Notes: a model not told the origin generated them from the letters alone. Shown: positions 1 through 10,857, numbered from the stretch's first letter. The stretch: 64,000 bases of DNA from Trueperaceae bacterium (GCA_965214405.1 OZ243956.1:2592001-2656000); one strand, 5' to 3'. A program made the numbers and translations.

Positions 1-20
1 TGCGTCAGCGCCACCCTCAC
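1..20 (-). CDS. 5' end of next heme gene, probably uroporphyrinogen-III synthase (partial, runs off window)
   Basis: GTGA overlap with hemC stop; reads MRVALT, HemD-like start; synteny after hemA-hemC. Confidence 0.45.
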
Positions 21-916
21 GCCCCTACCTCTGTCTCTAATGGTGCGGGCCGCCCCAGCGCCTCGTAAGCGAGCATCGCCGCGCCCTCGGATGAGGGGTG
101 GCTGACGACGACGTGCTGGCCCTCGTACCAGGCGCGGAGCGTGACCTCGCTTCCGTCAAAGGTGGCGTGCGCGCCCAGCGCGAGCTGGCAGCCGCCCTGG
201 AGCATCCCCATGAGCCCACGCTCGGCGGCCACGGCGCGGTAGGCGCGGACCGAGTGGAGGTCGGTGAGGGCTGAGGCTAAGTCGTAGTCGTCGCGGCGGA
301 TTTCTAGGGCCAGCACGCCCTGCGCGGGGGCGGGAACGAAGAGGGAGGGCTCGAGCGCTCGCACCTCCAAGCCGGAAAGCTCGAGGCCCAAACGCTCCAA
401 GCCCGCCGCCGCCAACAGAATCGCGTCGTACCGCCCGTCTCGTAACTTTTGCACCCGCGTCGGCACGTTGCCGCGAAGTTCTTCAACCGTCACGTCGGGC
501 CTGAGGTGCAACACCTGCGAGCGCCGCCGCGCCGCGCTCGTGCCCACCGTCGCGCCCCCCTTAAGAGGCAAACCTTCGGCGTCCGCGTCGAAAGATTCGG
601 GGCGCACCAGGAGCACGTCTCGAGGGTCCGCGCGCCCACTCACCGCGGCGATTTCTAAGCCCGGCATCCGCGCGCTCGGCAGGTCCTTGTGCGAATGCAC
701 CGCCACGTCCGCCCTGTCATCGGCAACCGCGTCCTGTACGGCTTTGGTAAAAAATCCCTGCCCCTGCATCAGCGCGAAGGGCTGGTAGTCGCGGTCGCCT
801 TGGGTTTCGATGAGGACGAGTTCGGTCTCATGTCCTAAGCTGTTGAGCTTGTCCGCGACCCAGTGGGCTTGCCAGAGGGCGAGCTGACTTTTGCGGGTGG
901 CAATACGGACGTTCAT
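17..916 (-). CDS. hemC: Hydroxymethylbilane synthase (porphobilinogen deaminase)
   Basis: IATRKSQLALWQA, VHSHKDLP, GTSAARR, LRGNVPTR and GGC cofactor motifs. Confidence 0.97.
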   Translation of the reverse strand: MNVRIATRKSQLALWQAHWVADKLNSLGHETELVLIETQGDRDYQPFALMQGQGFFTKAVQDAVADDRADVAVHSHKDLPSARMPGLEIAAVSGRADPRDVLLVRPESFDADAEGLPLKGGATVGTSAARRRSQVLHLRPDVTVEELRGNVPTRVQKLRDGRYDAILLAAAGLERLGLELSGLEVRALEPSLFVPAPAQGVLALEIRRDDYDLASALTDLHSVRAYRAVAAERGLMGMLQGGCQLALGAHATFDGSEVTLRAWYEGQHVVVSHPSSEGAAMLAYEALGRPAPLETEVGA

Positions 917-2115
917 ACCGTATGGGCCTCGAGCATTTCAACGTCCGTTAACCCAGCCTCCGTCAGCCCCGCTTCTACCAGGAACGTTTTGGCAGCCTCG
1001 AGCCCGTGCATCCTTGCCACCGCCCGCAGCCCCTTGACGGGCACATGCGCGAACTTGTGCGCGAGCCGCGCCGCCTCGTCTTTGGGCAACGCGTCGCCGA
1101 TGGTTTCTAAGTACATGTCCCTAAGGCGCTTGATGGAGGGTCCCAACATCCGTTCGGTCCACTCTTGAAGCGCCGCCTCCACCTCCTCTTGCACCACGCC
1201 CTCGGCCTCGGCGAGCCTTGCGGAAAGTTCGCTCCGCCGCTCCCGGCCCGCCGCCTGAAGCGTGTCCACATCAAGCACGCGCACGCCGTGACGCGCGGCG
1301 GCATCTTTACAAACGTTGCGCGGGAGGCCCAAATCCACGATGAGCGACATCTTTGGGAGTTTTGCCAACAGCGCGTCGTCCACCAAGTCTTTTACAGGCG
1401 TGGCGCAGACCAAGGCGTCAATGTGGGGCGGGTTCGCCAAGAAGTCCTTGAGCCCCACGCTCTCCCCACCCAGATGCTTTGCAAGCTGCCGCGCCCGCGT
1501 GAGCGTGCGGTTGACGATGATGAGCCGAAAACCAGGAAGCGCGGCGAGCGTTTTGGCCGCGAGCGTACCCATCTCCCCCGCGCCGAGCACCGCGACGGTG
1601 CCCCCGGCGGGAAGCGCCCGCACGAGTTGGGGACGCGCGAGGGAAAAGAGTGACGTGTGCAGCGGCGCGAGCGCCACCTCGCGCCGGACGCGTTTGGCGA
1701 TGCGCAACGCGGTAGAGAGCGCGAACGAGGTGGTCTTGCCCGTCGTGCCTGCCCGCCGCGCCCTCTCAAAAGCACTCCGCACCTGCGCCATAATCTGGTC
1801 CTCACCGGGGTTGAGCGAATCGAGCGAAGCGGCGATGCGGGTGAGCTGTTCTAACGCGCCATCGCCCACATACGCGTAAGGCCGCGCCGCCACTCCGGGC
1901 GGCGTGAGCTTGCGCCGCGCCTCCTCTAAGCTCAGACCCTCGGGCAGCCTCACCACCAGGTCCCAGCGGTTGCAGGTGACGAGCGGGACCCATTCGTCGA
2001 AGTCCAGGGCACCGGGTTGCGCGAGAAGGGGCTCGGGAAAAGCGTTTTGCCAGCCTTCAAGCGCCGCCGCGCCCCCCCGACGGTGCGACACGCCGATAAG
2101 TGCTAAACGTTCCAC
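913..2115 (-). CDS. hemA: Glutamyl-tRNA reductase
   Basis: TCNR catalytic motif, SLDSLNPGEDQI, GAGEMG Rossmann motif, DLGLPRN; overlaps hemC start. Confidence 0.95.
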   Translation of the reverse strand: MERLALIGVSHRRGGAAALEGWQNAFPEPLLAQPGALDFDEWVPLVTCNRWDLVVRLPEGLSLEEARRKLTPPGVAARPYAYVGDGALEQLTRIAASLDSLNPGEDQIMAQVRSAFERARRAGTTGKTTSFALSTALRIAKRVRREVALAPLHTSLFSLARPQLVRALPAGGTVAVLGAGEMGTLAAKTLAALPGFRLIIVNRTLTRARQLAKHLGGESVGLKDFLANPPHIDALVCATPVKDLVDDALLAKLPKMSLIVDLGLPRNVCKDAAARHGVRVLDVDTLQAAGRERRSELSARLAEAEGVVQEEVEAALQEWTERMLGPSIKRLRDMYLETIGDALPKDEAARLAHKFAHVPVKGLRAVARMHGLEAAKTFLVEAGLTEAGLTDVEMLEAHTV

Positions 2116-2199
2116 TTGGATTATGATAAGTCGGAATGATTACGAAAAGTGTCACACAAGTGTCAAAGACGGGTTTTCTGCACAGGGTGAAAGACCGCA

Positions 2200-2883
2200 T
2201 TAAGCATTTGGTGCATGGGGCGTGGGCTCGAGCCACGGAAAGCCCCAGGGGTCGCTCTGGGAAAGCGGATTAACCCGCGCCGCGTCGTGGGTGCGCACGG
2301 GGAGAGGAAAATCTTCAGGAAGCACCGGAACGCGCATGACGGGGCGAACGGGTTGAGGGTTGACCCAATGCGCTTCCAGAACCCTTCCTAGACCTGGATG
2401 CCGATAGGCGGGCATCCTTTCAAACCCGTCGCCTGGGAGAACGTAGACATTTCCTTCCATCAACAAATCGCGCCCGTCGGTCACGCTCGAGTCCACCGGG
2501 GAGAGTGAAAGAAAATAACGCATCGGCGACCACTCTCCCTGTTCCTCGACCTGAAGCGCCATGCTGAGCATTCCGTTGACGCGGGCGCGGTCCCTGAGGG
2601 CGTACATCATCGCCCATACGCCGCTCGAGTCGGCAAAGACGGCGGTGCGTTTGCTGAAGTCGTCGGGGCTCAAGTCTCTTGGCGCTCGAGGTTCAAAAAG
2701 GGTGACGTTCGCAAGGCTCGAGCCGTGCAGCAGCCAACCCTGGCGCGTGAGCCAACGCAGAAACACCCAGCGCGGCGCCGACGGCAGTTTTTTAACGTCA
2801 CGCGCGGACAAAGCAGCTTCAAACGCCTTTTCGTCCGACTGACTTAGCTCGTATGGCGGTAACTTGAGCATCCAATCGTGCAT
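2200..2883 (-). CDS. Conserved hypothetical protein
   Basis: 227-aa ORF with LLHGS motif; TACGCT -10-like box 5 nt before ATG. Confidence 0.75.
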   Translation of the reverse strand: MHDWMLKLPPYELSQSDEKAFEAALSARDVKKLPSAPRWVFLRWLTRQGWLLHGSSLANVTLFEPRAPRDLSPDDFSKRTAVFADSSGVWAMMYALRDRARVNGMLSMALQVEEQGEWSPMRYFLSLSPVDSSVTDGRDLLMEGNVYVLPGDGFERMPAYRHPGLGRVLEAHWVNPQPVRPVMRVPVLPEDFPLPVRTHDAARVNPLSQSDPWGFPWLEPTPHAPNA

Positions 2884-2948
2884 ACCTCAGCGTATCACCG
2901 CCGTAAGAGCAATACGGTTGAACTTTTTGAGTGCCGGGGACGCGCTTC

Positions 2949-3293
2949 CTAGCCCTCGAGCGCAATCGCCTCTTCCACCTCGTCGGGCACGCCGAGTTCG
3001 AAAGTAAGGCTTGAGCTGTTCTCCCCCGGCTCGAACGAACACAAAAGGAGGTCTCCGGCTCGAGCCTCCCTAGGAAGCCAGGCTGCGGGTATGTCCAAAG
3101 TGGCACCGTCGCCGCGGGTGAGGGTGGCGTGGGTTTTGCTTATGTGCTCGAGCTTCAAGCGTTCGGGCTCGCCTTCTGTATGGTGAAAAGGTGTGCGGTT
3201 CGTCACTCCGCCCAATCTAACCCTTCGCGCCGCCCTATATAAGACTTCCGTGTAAGACTCCCGTGACAATCTCCGGTCTACCTTGTAAAGCAT
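2949..3293 (-). CDS. DUF3006-like small protein (true start probably downstream)
   Basis: DIPAAWLPREARAGDLL resembles DUF3006 core. Confidence 0.55.
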   Translation of the reverse strand: MLYKVDRRLSRESYTEVLYRAARRVRLGGVTNRTPFHHTEGEPERLKLEHISKTHATLTRGDGATLDIPAAWLPREARAGDLLLCSFEPGENSSSLTFELGVPDEVEEAIALEG

Positions 3294-3714
3294 GGACCGA
3301 AAGACCCTCCTCCTCGTCGAGAGCGACCCGGCGCGCCGCTTCCGCCGCTGTCACGCCTTGAGCCGAGACTACGACGTGGTATCCCTAAGCAACGGTGCCG
3401 AGGCGACGAGATTTTTAACGAAGTGCATCCCGGATATGCTCATCCTCGACGTGGACGCGCCCTCGAGCGGGGGCTTCGACATCTGCCGACAGGTCAAACT
3501 TCAAGAAACGTTCAAGGGCGTGAGCGTGCTGCTCATGACGGGCGACAAGAGCACGGCGACGCAACTTTACGGCGCGTTAGCCAACGCGGACGCGATCCTT
3601 TGTCAAGAGGTGAGCGAGGACAAGCTGCGGGAGGTGGCGGCGGAACTTTTCAACCGGGAGAGGTTTTTGGGGATTTTGCAGGGTTCCCGTTCTCAACAGC
3701 ACTCGTTTTCATGA
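3292..3714 (+). CDS. Single-domain response regulator receiver (atypical)
   Basis: LLLVES, PDMLILDV, GFDICRQVK, LLMT; conserved Lys replaced. Confidence 0.85.
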   Translation: MDRKTLLLVESDPARRFRRCHALSRDYDVVSLSNGAEATRFLTKCIPDMLILDVDAPSSGGFDICRQVKLQETFKGVSVLLMTGDKSTATQLYGALANADAILCQEVSEDKLREVAAELFNRERFLGILQGSRSQQHSFS

Positions 3715-3729
3715 CAATGGTTTGAGCTT

Positions 3730-4515
3730 CTAAACCCTGCCCAACACCCTGTAGACGGCGAGCGCGCTCCATTCTCTCACGACGCGGCCAAACTCAACCA
3801 AGTTCTCGAGCACGTCCAGCTTGGCTACGGCGGCGTCGACGTTGGCGGGAACGTGCCACACGTTCTCACCAGTTGTCAGGTAGTCCACGGGATAGGGGAT
3901 GACTTGCCAGCCGAGCTTCTGAAACACGCCCAGCGCGCGGGGCATGTGCAGCGCCGAGGTGACGAGAATCCAGGTTTGCCCTCTTTGAGGGTGCGCCGCG
4001 TCTAAACTCATAAGCGCGTCCTCGTACGTGCTTTGCGACGGCACCCAGAGCACGCGCTGGCGAGACAGGGGCGGACCCCAGAAGGCGCGACCGGGTGCCC
4101 AGGTAGAGGTGAACTCATCCGGCAGCGTGTCCGCATAGAGGCCCGTGAGAACGAGCGTCGCGTCGGGGTAGCGCCGCGCGAGAGACGCGCCCGCCATCAT
4201 CCGCTCCCCCGACTCCCCGAGCGCCACTTGCCCCCGCGCCGCCGACACGGACGCCTCGACCGAGCCGCCCAATACGATAATGCCGTCTACGTGGTCGGGT
4301 AGGGTAGTGAGGGGCACGCGGTCCTCGAGCGGCGCGCCCAAAAGACTCTTCAAGGGCAGCAGCGTGGGTAGCGCGGCAAATATGAGCGTGAAAACGAGGA
4401 GCCCCCGCCCCGCGCGGTAGCGCCTGAACAGCAAAAGAAGCGCGCTGAGGACAAAAAGCGCGTAGACAAATGTGCTGGGTTGCAGGAGCGACCAAAGAAA
4501 CTCTACGGGAGGCAC
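3730..4515 (-). CDS. YdcF/DUF218 family membrane protein
   Basis: IIVLGG, STYEDA, LVTSALHMPRA, PYPVDY motifs; N-terminal TM segments. Confidence 0.9.
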   Translation of the reverse strand: MPPVEFLWSLLQPSTFVYALFVLSALLLLFRRYRAGRGLLVFTLIFAALPTLLPLKSLLGAPLEDRVPLTTLPDHVDGIIVLGGSVEASVSAARGQVALGESGERMMAGASLARRYPDATLVLTGLYADTLPDEFTSTWAPGRAFWGPPLSRQRVLWVPSQSTYEDALMSLDAAHPQRGQTWILVTSALHMPRALGVFQKLGWQVIPYPVDYLTTGENVWHVPANVDAAVAKLDVLENLVEFGRVVREWSALAVYRVLGRV

Positions 4516-4613
4516 AAGGGTTTATCTTAGGGCTTCACGGTCCCGTATGCAATGGAACGCGCCCTTTGTTTATGGTGGCGCTCGAGCGGTACCATGCGCT
4601 GTGGAGGATATTC

Positions 4614-4976
4614 ATGATCGCCGTTGCCAACCGAATTTTTGTTAACCCCGACTACGCCGAGGCCTTTGAGGCGCGCTTCCGCGACCGCGCGGGCTTGGTC
4701 GACGAGATGCCCGGCTTTCTCTTTAACCAAGTGCTGCGCCCGAGCAGGGCTGATGACCCTTACGTGGTCCTCACCTACTGGGATTCTCACGAACATTTCA
4801 AGGCCTGGACGGAGTCGGACGCGTTTAAGCAAGGTCACGCGCAGAGCGGGTCTTTGCCCAGAGAGGCCTTTGCGGGGCGCAACAAGCTCGAGATTCACCA
4901 AATCATCCAGGACTCGCGCGACCCAGATTTGGAAGTCCAGCCGCCGCTTAAATTAGAGGACGCGGCACACGGGTAG
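4614..4976 (+). CDS. Antibiotic biosynthesis monooxygenase family (IsdG/MhuD-like heme-degrading)
   Basis: GGAGG RBS then MIAVANRI; FEARF, PGF, YVVLTYW, AFKQGH. Confidence 0.85.
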   Translation: MIAVANRIFVNPDYAEAFEARFRDRAGLVDEMPGFLFNQVLRPSRADDPYVVLTYWDSHEHFKAWTESDAFKQGHAQSGSLPREAFAGRNKLEIHQIIQDSRDPDLEVQPPLKLEDAAHG

Positions 4977-5077
4977 GGGTATAGATAGCGCACCCGCACC
5001 GCACACCGTCACAAGCCCAACAGGTTTAGTCACAAAATCTGTGCAAGGATAGCCACAGGAAATCCAAAGGAGACATT

Positions 5078-5923
5078 ATGGCAGTTCCAGATATTACGCT
5101 CAACGACGGCAACACCATTCCCCAACTCGGGTTTGGGGTGTACCAAATAGAGCCCAAAGACATGGCCGAGGCTGTGGGCAAGGCGCTCGAGGTCGGCTAC
5201 CGGCACATCGACACCGCCGAAATGTACGGCAACGAAAAAGAGGTCGGGGAGGCCGTTCGCGCCGCCGGTCTGAACCGCGAAGACGTTTTTGTGACGAGCA
5301 AGCTCAACAACGGCTTTCATGAACCAGACGACGCCCGCAAAGCGTTTGACACCACGCTTAGTGAGCTTGGCTTTGACTACGTGGACTTGTTTCTTATCCA
5401 CTGGCCGCTACCGACGCAGTACGGCGGCGACTACGTCTCGACCTGGCAGACGCTAGAAGAGTTCCAGCGCCAGGGCCGCGCCCGCTCGATTGGCGTGTCG
5501 AACTTTCAGACTGCGCATTTGGAGCGCCTAGCCGCCGAGACGGACACCGTCCCCGCGGTCAACCAGATTGAGGTCCATCCTTACTTTGTGAATGACGCGG
5601 TGCGGGATTACGGTCAAAAGCACGGGATAGCGACCGAGGCGTGGTCGCCCATCGCGCAGGGCGAGGTGCTGGACGACCCCGCCATCAAAGAGATTGCCGA
5701 CAAGCTTGGTAAGACACCCGCACAAGTCGTGTTGCGCTGGCACGTTCAGCGCGGCGACATCATCTTTCCCAAGTCGGTCACGCCCTCACGGATCGAGGAG
5801 AACTTTCAGATTTTTGACTTCGAGCTGGAACCCGGCGACGTAGATGCGATTACTGCGTTGGACAAGGGTGAAGAGGGTCGTACCGGCCCAAACCCGGACA
5901 CGTTCGATTACATTCCTGACTGA
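5078..5923 (+). CDS. Aldo/keto reductase (2,5-diketo-D-gluconate reductase-like)
   Basis: LGFGVYQ, GYRHIDTAEMY, DLFLIHWP, IGVSNF, PKSVTPSRI. Confidence 0.95.
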   Translation: MAVPDITLNDGNTIPQLGFGVYQIEPKDMAEAVGKALEVGYRHIDTAEMYGNEKEVGEAVRAAGLNREDVFVTSKLNNGFHEPDDARKAFDTTLSELGFDYVDLFLIHWPLPTQYGGDYVSTWQTLEEFQRQGRARSIGVSNFQTAHLERLAAETDTVPAVNQIEVHPYFVNDAVRDYGQKHGIATEAWSPIAQGEVLDDPAIKEIADKLGKTPAQVVLRWHVQRGDIIFPKSVTPSRIEENFQIFDFELEPGDVDAITALDKGEEGRTGPNPDTFDYIPD

Positions 5924-5973
5924 GCGCCCCGACCGACGCGCTTCTTATAAGCTGCGTTTATAAGAAGCTGCAA

Positions 5974-6015
5974 AGAGAGCCGTGACCATCCGAGTGGGAA
6001 TGGTCACGGCTCTCT
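5974..6015 (+). terminator. Intrinsic terminator-like hairpin
   Basis: Perfect 16-bp stem AGAGAGCCGTGACCAT / ATGGTCACGGCTCTCT after the AKR gene. Confidence 0.75.
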
Positions 6016-6262
6016 ACCTTATCTATGGCTTTGTCCGGTGCTGAGCGTGGTGACTCATCTGAGAGAAGCAAAGAAATTTGAACCTGAACTCGGTTCTCTC
6101 GAGCCGTTGACAATCATGTAAAGTGAAAGAATCGACACCCTCAGATGCGTCATACCTAACTTTTCAGCCTTTACAGCCAGCGCGCGCCTCGCATAAAATA
6201 CAATCCTGTTCATCGTTGACGTCGTGCTCGCATAAATTTTTGCACAGATTAAAGGGGGAAAC

Positions 6263-8743
6263 ATGGGTTTGTTTGCACGTAAACAGGTCTGGCTGGCCCT
6301 TTCACTCGTCGTGCTCGCGCTCCTCTCTTGCGGCGCGCCGCAAGGGGATGAGGGTGCGCCGCCCGCGCTCGAGACGGAAGCAACGCTGCCGAGCGGTTTC
6401 GAGGATGCGCTGGTCACCAAATTATCCCGCCCCACCGCACTCGCCTTTACGCCCGACGGGCGACTTCTCATCACCACGCAGGCCGGGCAACTGCGGGTTT
6501 ATGAGGACGGGGCGTTGCGCGCCGAGCCTGTGCTGGACCTCCGGTCAAGGCTCTGCACGGACAGCGAGCGGGGCCTGTTGGGCGTGGCCGTCGACCCGAA
6601 CTTCGCCTCCAACGGCTTTGTCTACCTTTTTTATACCCTTAACAAGTTCGGAAGCTGCGAGCGTAACGCACCCAACGCGCCGGTCAACCGGGTATCGCGT
6701 TTCACCCTGCTAAATAACGCGGCGAGCGCCGAACGCGTGCTCATCGACAACATCCCCTCGCCCAACGGCAACCACAACGGCGGCGATTTGCACATCGGCA
6801 AGGACGGGCTTCTGTACGTAAGTATTGGCGACGGCGGCTGTGATTACTTGGGTGACAGCGGCTGCGCGGGAGAGAACGATGCCTCGCGCGATACCAACAC
6901 CCTGCTCGGCAAGGTCGTGCGCGTCACCAGGGACGGGGGCGTTCCCGCCAGCAATCCTTTTCGGGGCTCCAACAGCGCGCGCTGCAATGCGGGCAACGCG
7001 CGTCCCGGCAAGGTGTGCCAGGAGACCTACGCGCGCGGGCTGCGCAACCCTTTCCGCATGGCGTTTGATCCCAACTCGAGCGGCACGCGCTTTTTCATCA
7101 ACGACGTGGGGCAGAATACGCGCGAAGAGATTGACCTGGGTCAGGCGGGCGCGGACTACGGCTGGAACGTGCGTGAGGGAGCGTGCAAAAACGGCGGGAG
7201 TGACTGCGGCGCGCCGCCCGAGGGCTTTACCAATCCCGAGTTCGATTATGCGCGGGCGTCAGACGGCGTCTTTTCTGGTTGCGGCTCCATCACGGGCGGG
7301 GCGTTCGTGCCCAAGGGCGTTTGGCCCGCCACCTTTGAAGGTGCCTATCTCTTTAGCGACTACGTGTGCGGCAAGATTTTTAGCATCAAGAAGACGAACG
7401 GCAAGTACAGCGCGAGCGTACTGGCCTCGGGGTTGGGCTCGAGCAGCGCGGTTCACCTGACCTTTGGACCCTACAAGGGCTCGCAGGCGCTCTACTACAC
7501 CTCTTATGCGGACGGCGGTGCGGTGCGGCGCATCGCCTACGGGGGTCCTGGTAACCGCGTGCCGCAAGCCGCGCTCTCGGCCACCCCGACCTCGGGTCAG
7601 GCTCCTCTCACGGTGCGTTTTGACGCCTCGGGGAGCCGTGACCCCGAGGGCGGCGCGCTCCTCTACCGCTGGGCCTTTGGCGATGGCGGCGCAGCGGACG
7701 GCAAAAGCGTGTCCCACACCTACAGAGCGAGCGGCACTTACACCGCCACGCTCACCGTGCGCGACCCGCAAGGGGCCGAGGGTACGGCGACGGTCCACGT
7801 AAGCGTCGGGAACACACCGCCGGAAGCGCGCATCACCGCGCCGGGCAAAGACGTGCGCTTCGGCGTCGGGGAAAAGATTGTTTTACGAGGGGAGGCGACC
7901 GACGCCGAGGACGGAGCGCTCAGCGGGAGCCGCCTGAGCTGGACCGCGCTGCTCCACCACAACAACGACCACACCCACCCCTATTTAGACGCCACCCCCG
8001 GGCAGAGCGTCGAACTCACCATGCCCGCGCCCGAGGACTTGGCGGCGACCTCGGGAAGCTTTTTAGAAGTTCGCCTGACCGTGACCGACAGTGGGGGCCT
8101 GAGCCGCACCGTGAGTCAAAACATCTATCCGGCCAAGGTCGATGTTACCTTTCAAACCCAGCCGACGGGGCTCGAGCTTAAAGTCAACGGTGAGACCTTT
8201 ACCGCGCCCAAGACACTCACCTCCTGGAGAGGTTACGCGCTTCACGTGGATGCCCCCGACCAAACGACCTCCTCGGGCCAGGCCACCTTCCGCGCCTGGT
8301 CGGACGGCGGCGCGGCCTCCCACACCATCACCACGCCCGCCGCCGCGAAGGGTTACACCGCGAGCTTTGATATAGAAGCGGAGCAAAAGGTCACCAGCCT
8401 CACCCTCATCAACGCCGAGACGGGAAAGCCTGTGGCAGGCTTTGACCCCATCCCGGACGGGGCGACGCTCAACTTGTCGACCTTGCCCACGCGCCGTCTC
8501 AACATCCGCGCGAACACCAGCCCCAGCCGGGTAGGGAGCGTGCAGTTTACTCTGGACGGTAAAAATTACCAGCTCGAGAACAACGCGCCTTACGCGCTCG
8601 CGGGCAACCGCGGCAGCACCTATTACGCCTGGACCCCGAGTGTAGGGAGCCACACGCTGCGCGTGACGCCGTACAGCGCCTCGGGCGGCAAAGGAAGCGC
8701 AGGCACGGCGAAAACGGTTGGCTTCAAGGTTGTAGAGAGGTAA
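6263..8743 (+). CDS. PQQ-dependent sugar dehydrogenase family lipoprotein with PKD and Ig-like domains
   Basis: Lipobox LLSC; ERGLLG, NHNGG, GLRNPFR, GADYGW motifs; PKD WAFGDG. Confidence 0.88.
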   Translation: MGLFARKQVWLALSLVVLALLSCGAPQGDEGAPPALETEATLPSGFEDALVTKLSRPTALAFTPDGRLLITTQAGQLRVYEDGALRAEPVLDLRSRLCTDSERGLLGVAVDPNFASNGFVYLFYTLNKFGSCERNAPNAPVNRVSRFTLLNNAASAERVLIDNIPSPNGNHNGGDLHIGKDGLLYVSIGDGGCDYLGDSGCAGENDASRDTNTLLGKVVRVTRDGGVPASNPFRGSNSARCNAGNARPGKVCQETYARGLRNPFRMAFDPNSSGTRFFINDVGQNTREEIDLGQAGADYGWNVREGACKNGGSDCGAPPEGFTNPEFDYARASDGVFSGCGSITGGAFVPKGVWPATFEGAYLFSDYVCGKIFSIKKTNGKYSASVLASGLGSSSAVHLTFGPYKGSQALYYTSYADGGAVRRIAYGGPGNRVPQAALSATPTSGQAPLTVRFDASGSRDPEGGALLYRWAFGDGGAADGKSVSHTYRASGTYTATLTVRDPQGAEGTATVHVSVGNTPPEARITAPGKDVRFGVGEKIVLRGEATDAEDGALSGSRLSWTALLHHNNDHTHPYLDATPGQSVELTMPAPEDLAATSGSFLEVRLTVTDSGGLSRTVSQNIYPAKVDVTFQTQPTGLELKVNGETFTAPKTLTSWRGYALHVDAPDQTTSSGQATFRAWSDGGAASHTITTPAAAKGYTASFDIEAEQKVTSLTLINAETGKPVAGFDPIPDGATLNLSTLPTRRLNIRANTSPSRVGSVQFTLDGKNYQLENNAPYALAGNRGSTYYAWTPSVGSHTLRVTPYSASGGKGSAGTAKTVGFKVVER

Positions 8744-8855
8744 AGCGGGTTGATAACAAAGCCTGTGTGACGCTTCTCAGAGGAGCCAAGCGTTCAGTTA
8801 AGAAACTCGAGCCTCACAGCCAAGTGCTTATATTTGGTGGGGCTCGAGTCCTCCT

Positions 8856-9467
8856 CTAACCCGGCTTGCGCACCTCGTAATAGCGCTTAACGTTCTGCAC
8901 AAACGGGAACTCGGTCAGCATCGTGCGGTAGGTCGAAAAGAGCTTCACCGCGTCCTCTTGAGTTTCCGGCAAATCCGCCATACGAAAGTACGACTGGTCG
9001 CCCGACGCAAAGCGAAAGGTCGGGGTGCCTGTGACGTGGTTCGCCGCGGCCTTGGCGTGCTCCTCAGCGAGCGCACGGCGCAGGTTGGGGTCTTGCAGCT
9101 TTTCCTCGAACACGTCCGCGTCTATGCCCACCTTTTTGGCGACGTTCAACACAGTCTGAAGCGTGTACGGCTCCCCGTTTGCGTGATGCGCCCTCGCCAG
9201 CTCGAGCCGAAACGCGTCCGCGTCACCCAGCTCCCGCGCGGCGTGCGAGGTCAAAAAGGGCAGCAAACCTTTTCCGCCGTCCTCGGCGTCGGTTTGCAGC
9301 GCGTCCTCCACAAGCTGCCAGCCGTCTTCGCCCTTGTAGTTGCTCTGGTAGAGGCTAAAATGCCGCCAGTCAAAGCTGACATCGAGCGGCCCCGCGACCC
9401 GCTCGGCGAGTTCCATCCCCCGGTAGGCGAAGGGGCACAAGTAATCGTAATAAACCGTTACGTCCAT
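8856..9467 (-). CDS. DsbA/FrnE-like thioredoxin-fold protein
   Basis: YYDYLCPFAY and GTPTF motifs. Confidence 0.85.
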   Translation of the reverse strand: MDVTVYYDYLCPFAYRGMELAERVAGPLDVSFDWRHFSLYQSNYKGEDGWQLVEDALQTDAEDGGKGLLPFLTSHAARELGDADAFRLELARAHHANGEPYTLQTVLNVAKKVGIDADVFEEKLQDPNLRRALAEEHAKAAANHVTGTPTFRFASGDQSYFRMADLPETQEDAVKLFSTYRTMLTEFPFVQNVKRYYEVRKPG

Positions 9468-9697
9468 ACCTTAGAGTCTATCCCACGTCACTCGCTTGAG
9501 GATGTTTTTGGTGATGTTCGACGTGAATGTTTACGCCTGCTCGAGCCGCCCTTTCATCTTCCGAATGATGCTCGAGCCAAGAACGGGTTGAGGTTCGCTC
9601 GAGCCAACCCCTGCTGTGGTGTAAGCTCTTCTGGTGTTTTGTCCCAAAGGCTTTTCTTTACATTTCTGTCTAAGACGCGTCTGAGGTCTCTAAATCT

Positions 9698-10750
9698 ATG
9701 CAATCGTTCTTCCCGTCCACACGCTTCCGGCTCCTTCCTGGTCTCGTCCTGACCGCGCTCCTGACGACGCTGGCTTACTCTTTGGACCGGCTACCCGGCT
9801 TAGGGTTGTTGGGCACGCTCGGTCTTGCGCTGGTCCTCGGCCTCGCTTGCCGGGCGCTCTTCGGGCTGCCTAAAGTTGCCGCGCCGGGCGTGACGTTTTC
9901 GGCCAAAACGCTCCTCAACTTGGGCGTGATTTTGCTCGGCGTGCGGCTCAACTTCGCCCTGCTCTACGCGGCGGGTCCCTCAGTGCTGCTCTTGGACCTG
10001 CTGGTGGTCGGGGCCGGGATGCTGACGATAGAGCGCCTCGGCAAGCGGATGGGGCTCACGCGCGGGCTGCGGCTCGCGTTGGCGGTGGGCTCGAGCATCT
10101 GCGGCCCCTCGGCTATCGCCGCGGCGGTACCCATTATCGGCGCGAGTGACGACGAGGTCTCCGTGGCGGTGGGCACCGTGAGTCTGCTCGGCGCGCTCGG
10201 CGCGGTCGGCTACATCTTACTTGCGCCGCTACTCGATTTAGGCCCCAGGGTGTACGGTCTCATGACCGGCGCGACGTTGCAATCGGTCGGCCACGTGCTC
10301 GCGGCGGGCGCGGCGGGCGGCGCGGGGGCGCTCGACCTCGCTACGCTAACCAAACTCACGCGGGTGGCGCTGCTCGCCCCGGTGCTGCTCGTGGTCGGTT
10401 GGCTGTTGGCGAGATACGGCGAGGCTGGGCGTGAAGAGACGGGGCGTGAGGGGGCGGGGCTCGAGCGCATCTCTTTACCCAAGACGCGTCCACCCTTGCT
10501 ACCGGGGTTTCTCATCGGCTTTCTCGCGCTCGGCGCGCTCAACAGTTTTGGTCTCATCCCGCGCTCGCTCATAAACATCCTCAACCCCGCCAGCGTGGTC
10601 CTGACCACCGTGGCGATGGCCGGAATCGGCCTGGGCGTCAACTTCGGCGTGCTCCGGCGCATCGGCGGCGGCGCGGCGCTGCTGGCGCTGCTCGGGTTCG
10701 GCATTATCATCACCATCGCCGCGCTTTACACGGTTTTTATCCCTGTTTAG
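9698..10750 (+). CDS. YeiH family putative sulfate exporter
   Basis: Multi-TM protein; GSSICGPSAIAA and TKLTRVALL motifs. Confidence 0.9.
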   Translation: MQSFFPSTRFRLLPGLVLTALLTTLAYSLDRLPGLGLLGTLGLALVLGLACRALFGLPKVAAPGVTFSAKTLLNLGVILLGVRLNFALLYAAGPSVLLLDLLVVGAGMLTIERLGKRMGLTRGLRLALAVGSSICGPSAIAAAVPIIGASDDEVSVAVGTVSLLGALGAVGYILLAPLLDLGPRVYGLMTGATLQSVGHVLAAGAAGGAGALDLATLTKLTRVALLAPVLLVVGWLLARYGEAGREETGREGAGLERISLPKTRPPLLPGFLIGFLALGALNSFGLIPRSLINILNPASVVLTTVAMAGIGLGVNFGVLRRIGGGAALLALLGFGIIITIAALYTVFIPV

Positions 10751-10857
10751 CAGTCTGGTTTGACGGGTAAAAGGATGTGACTCGAGAGGACGCGCCCTAC
10801 TAAGCCCCGACGTTGGTCTATGAGTTACAGTAGGCTCGGGCAAAGAGGAGGAAAAAG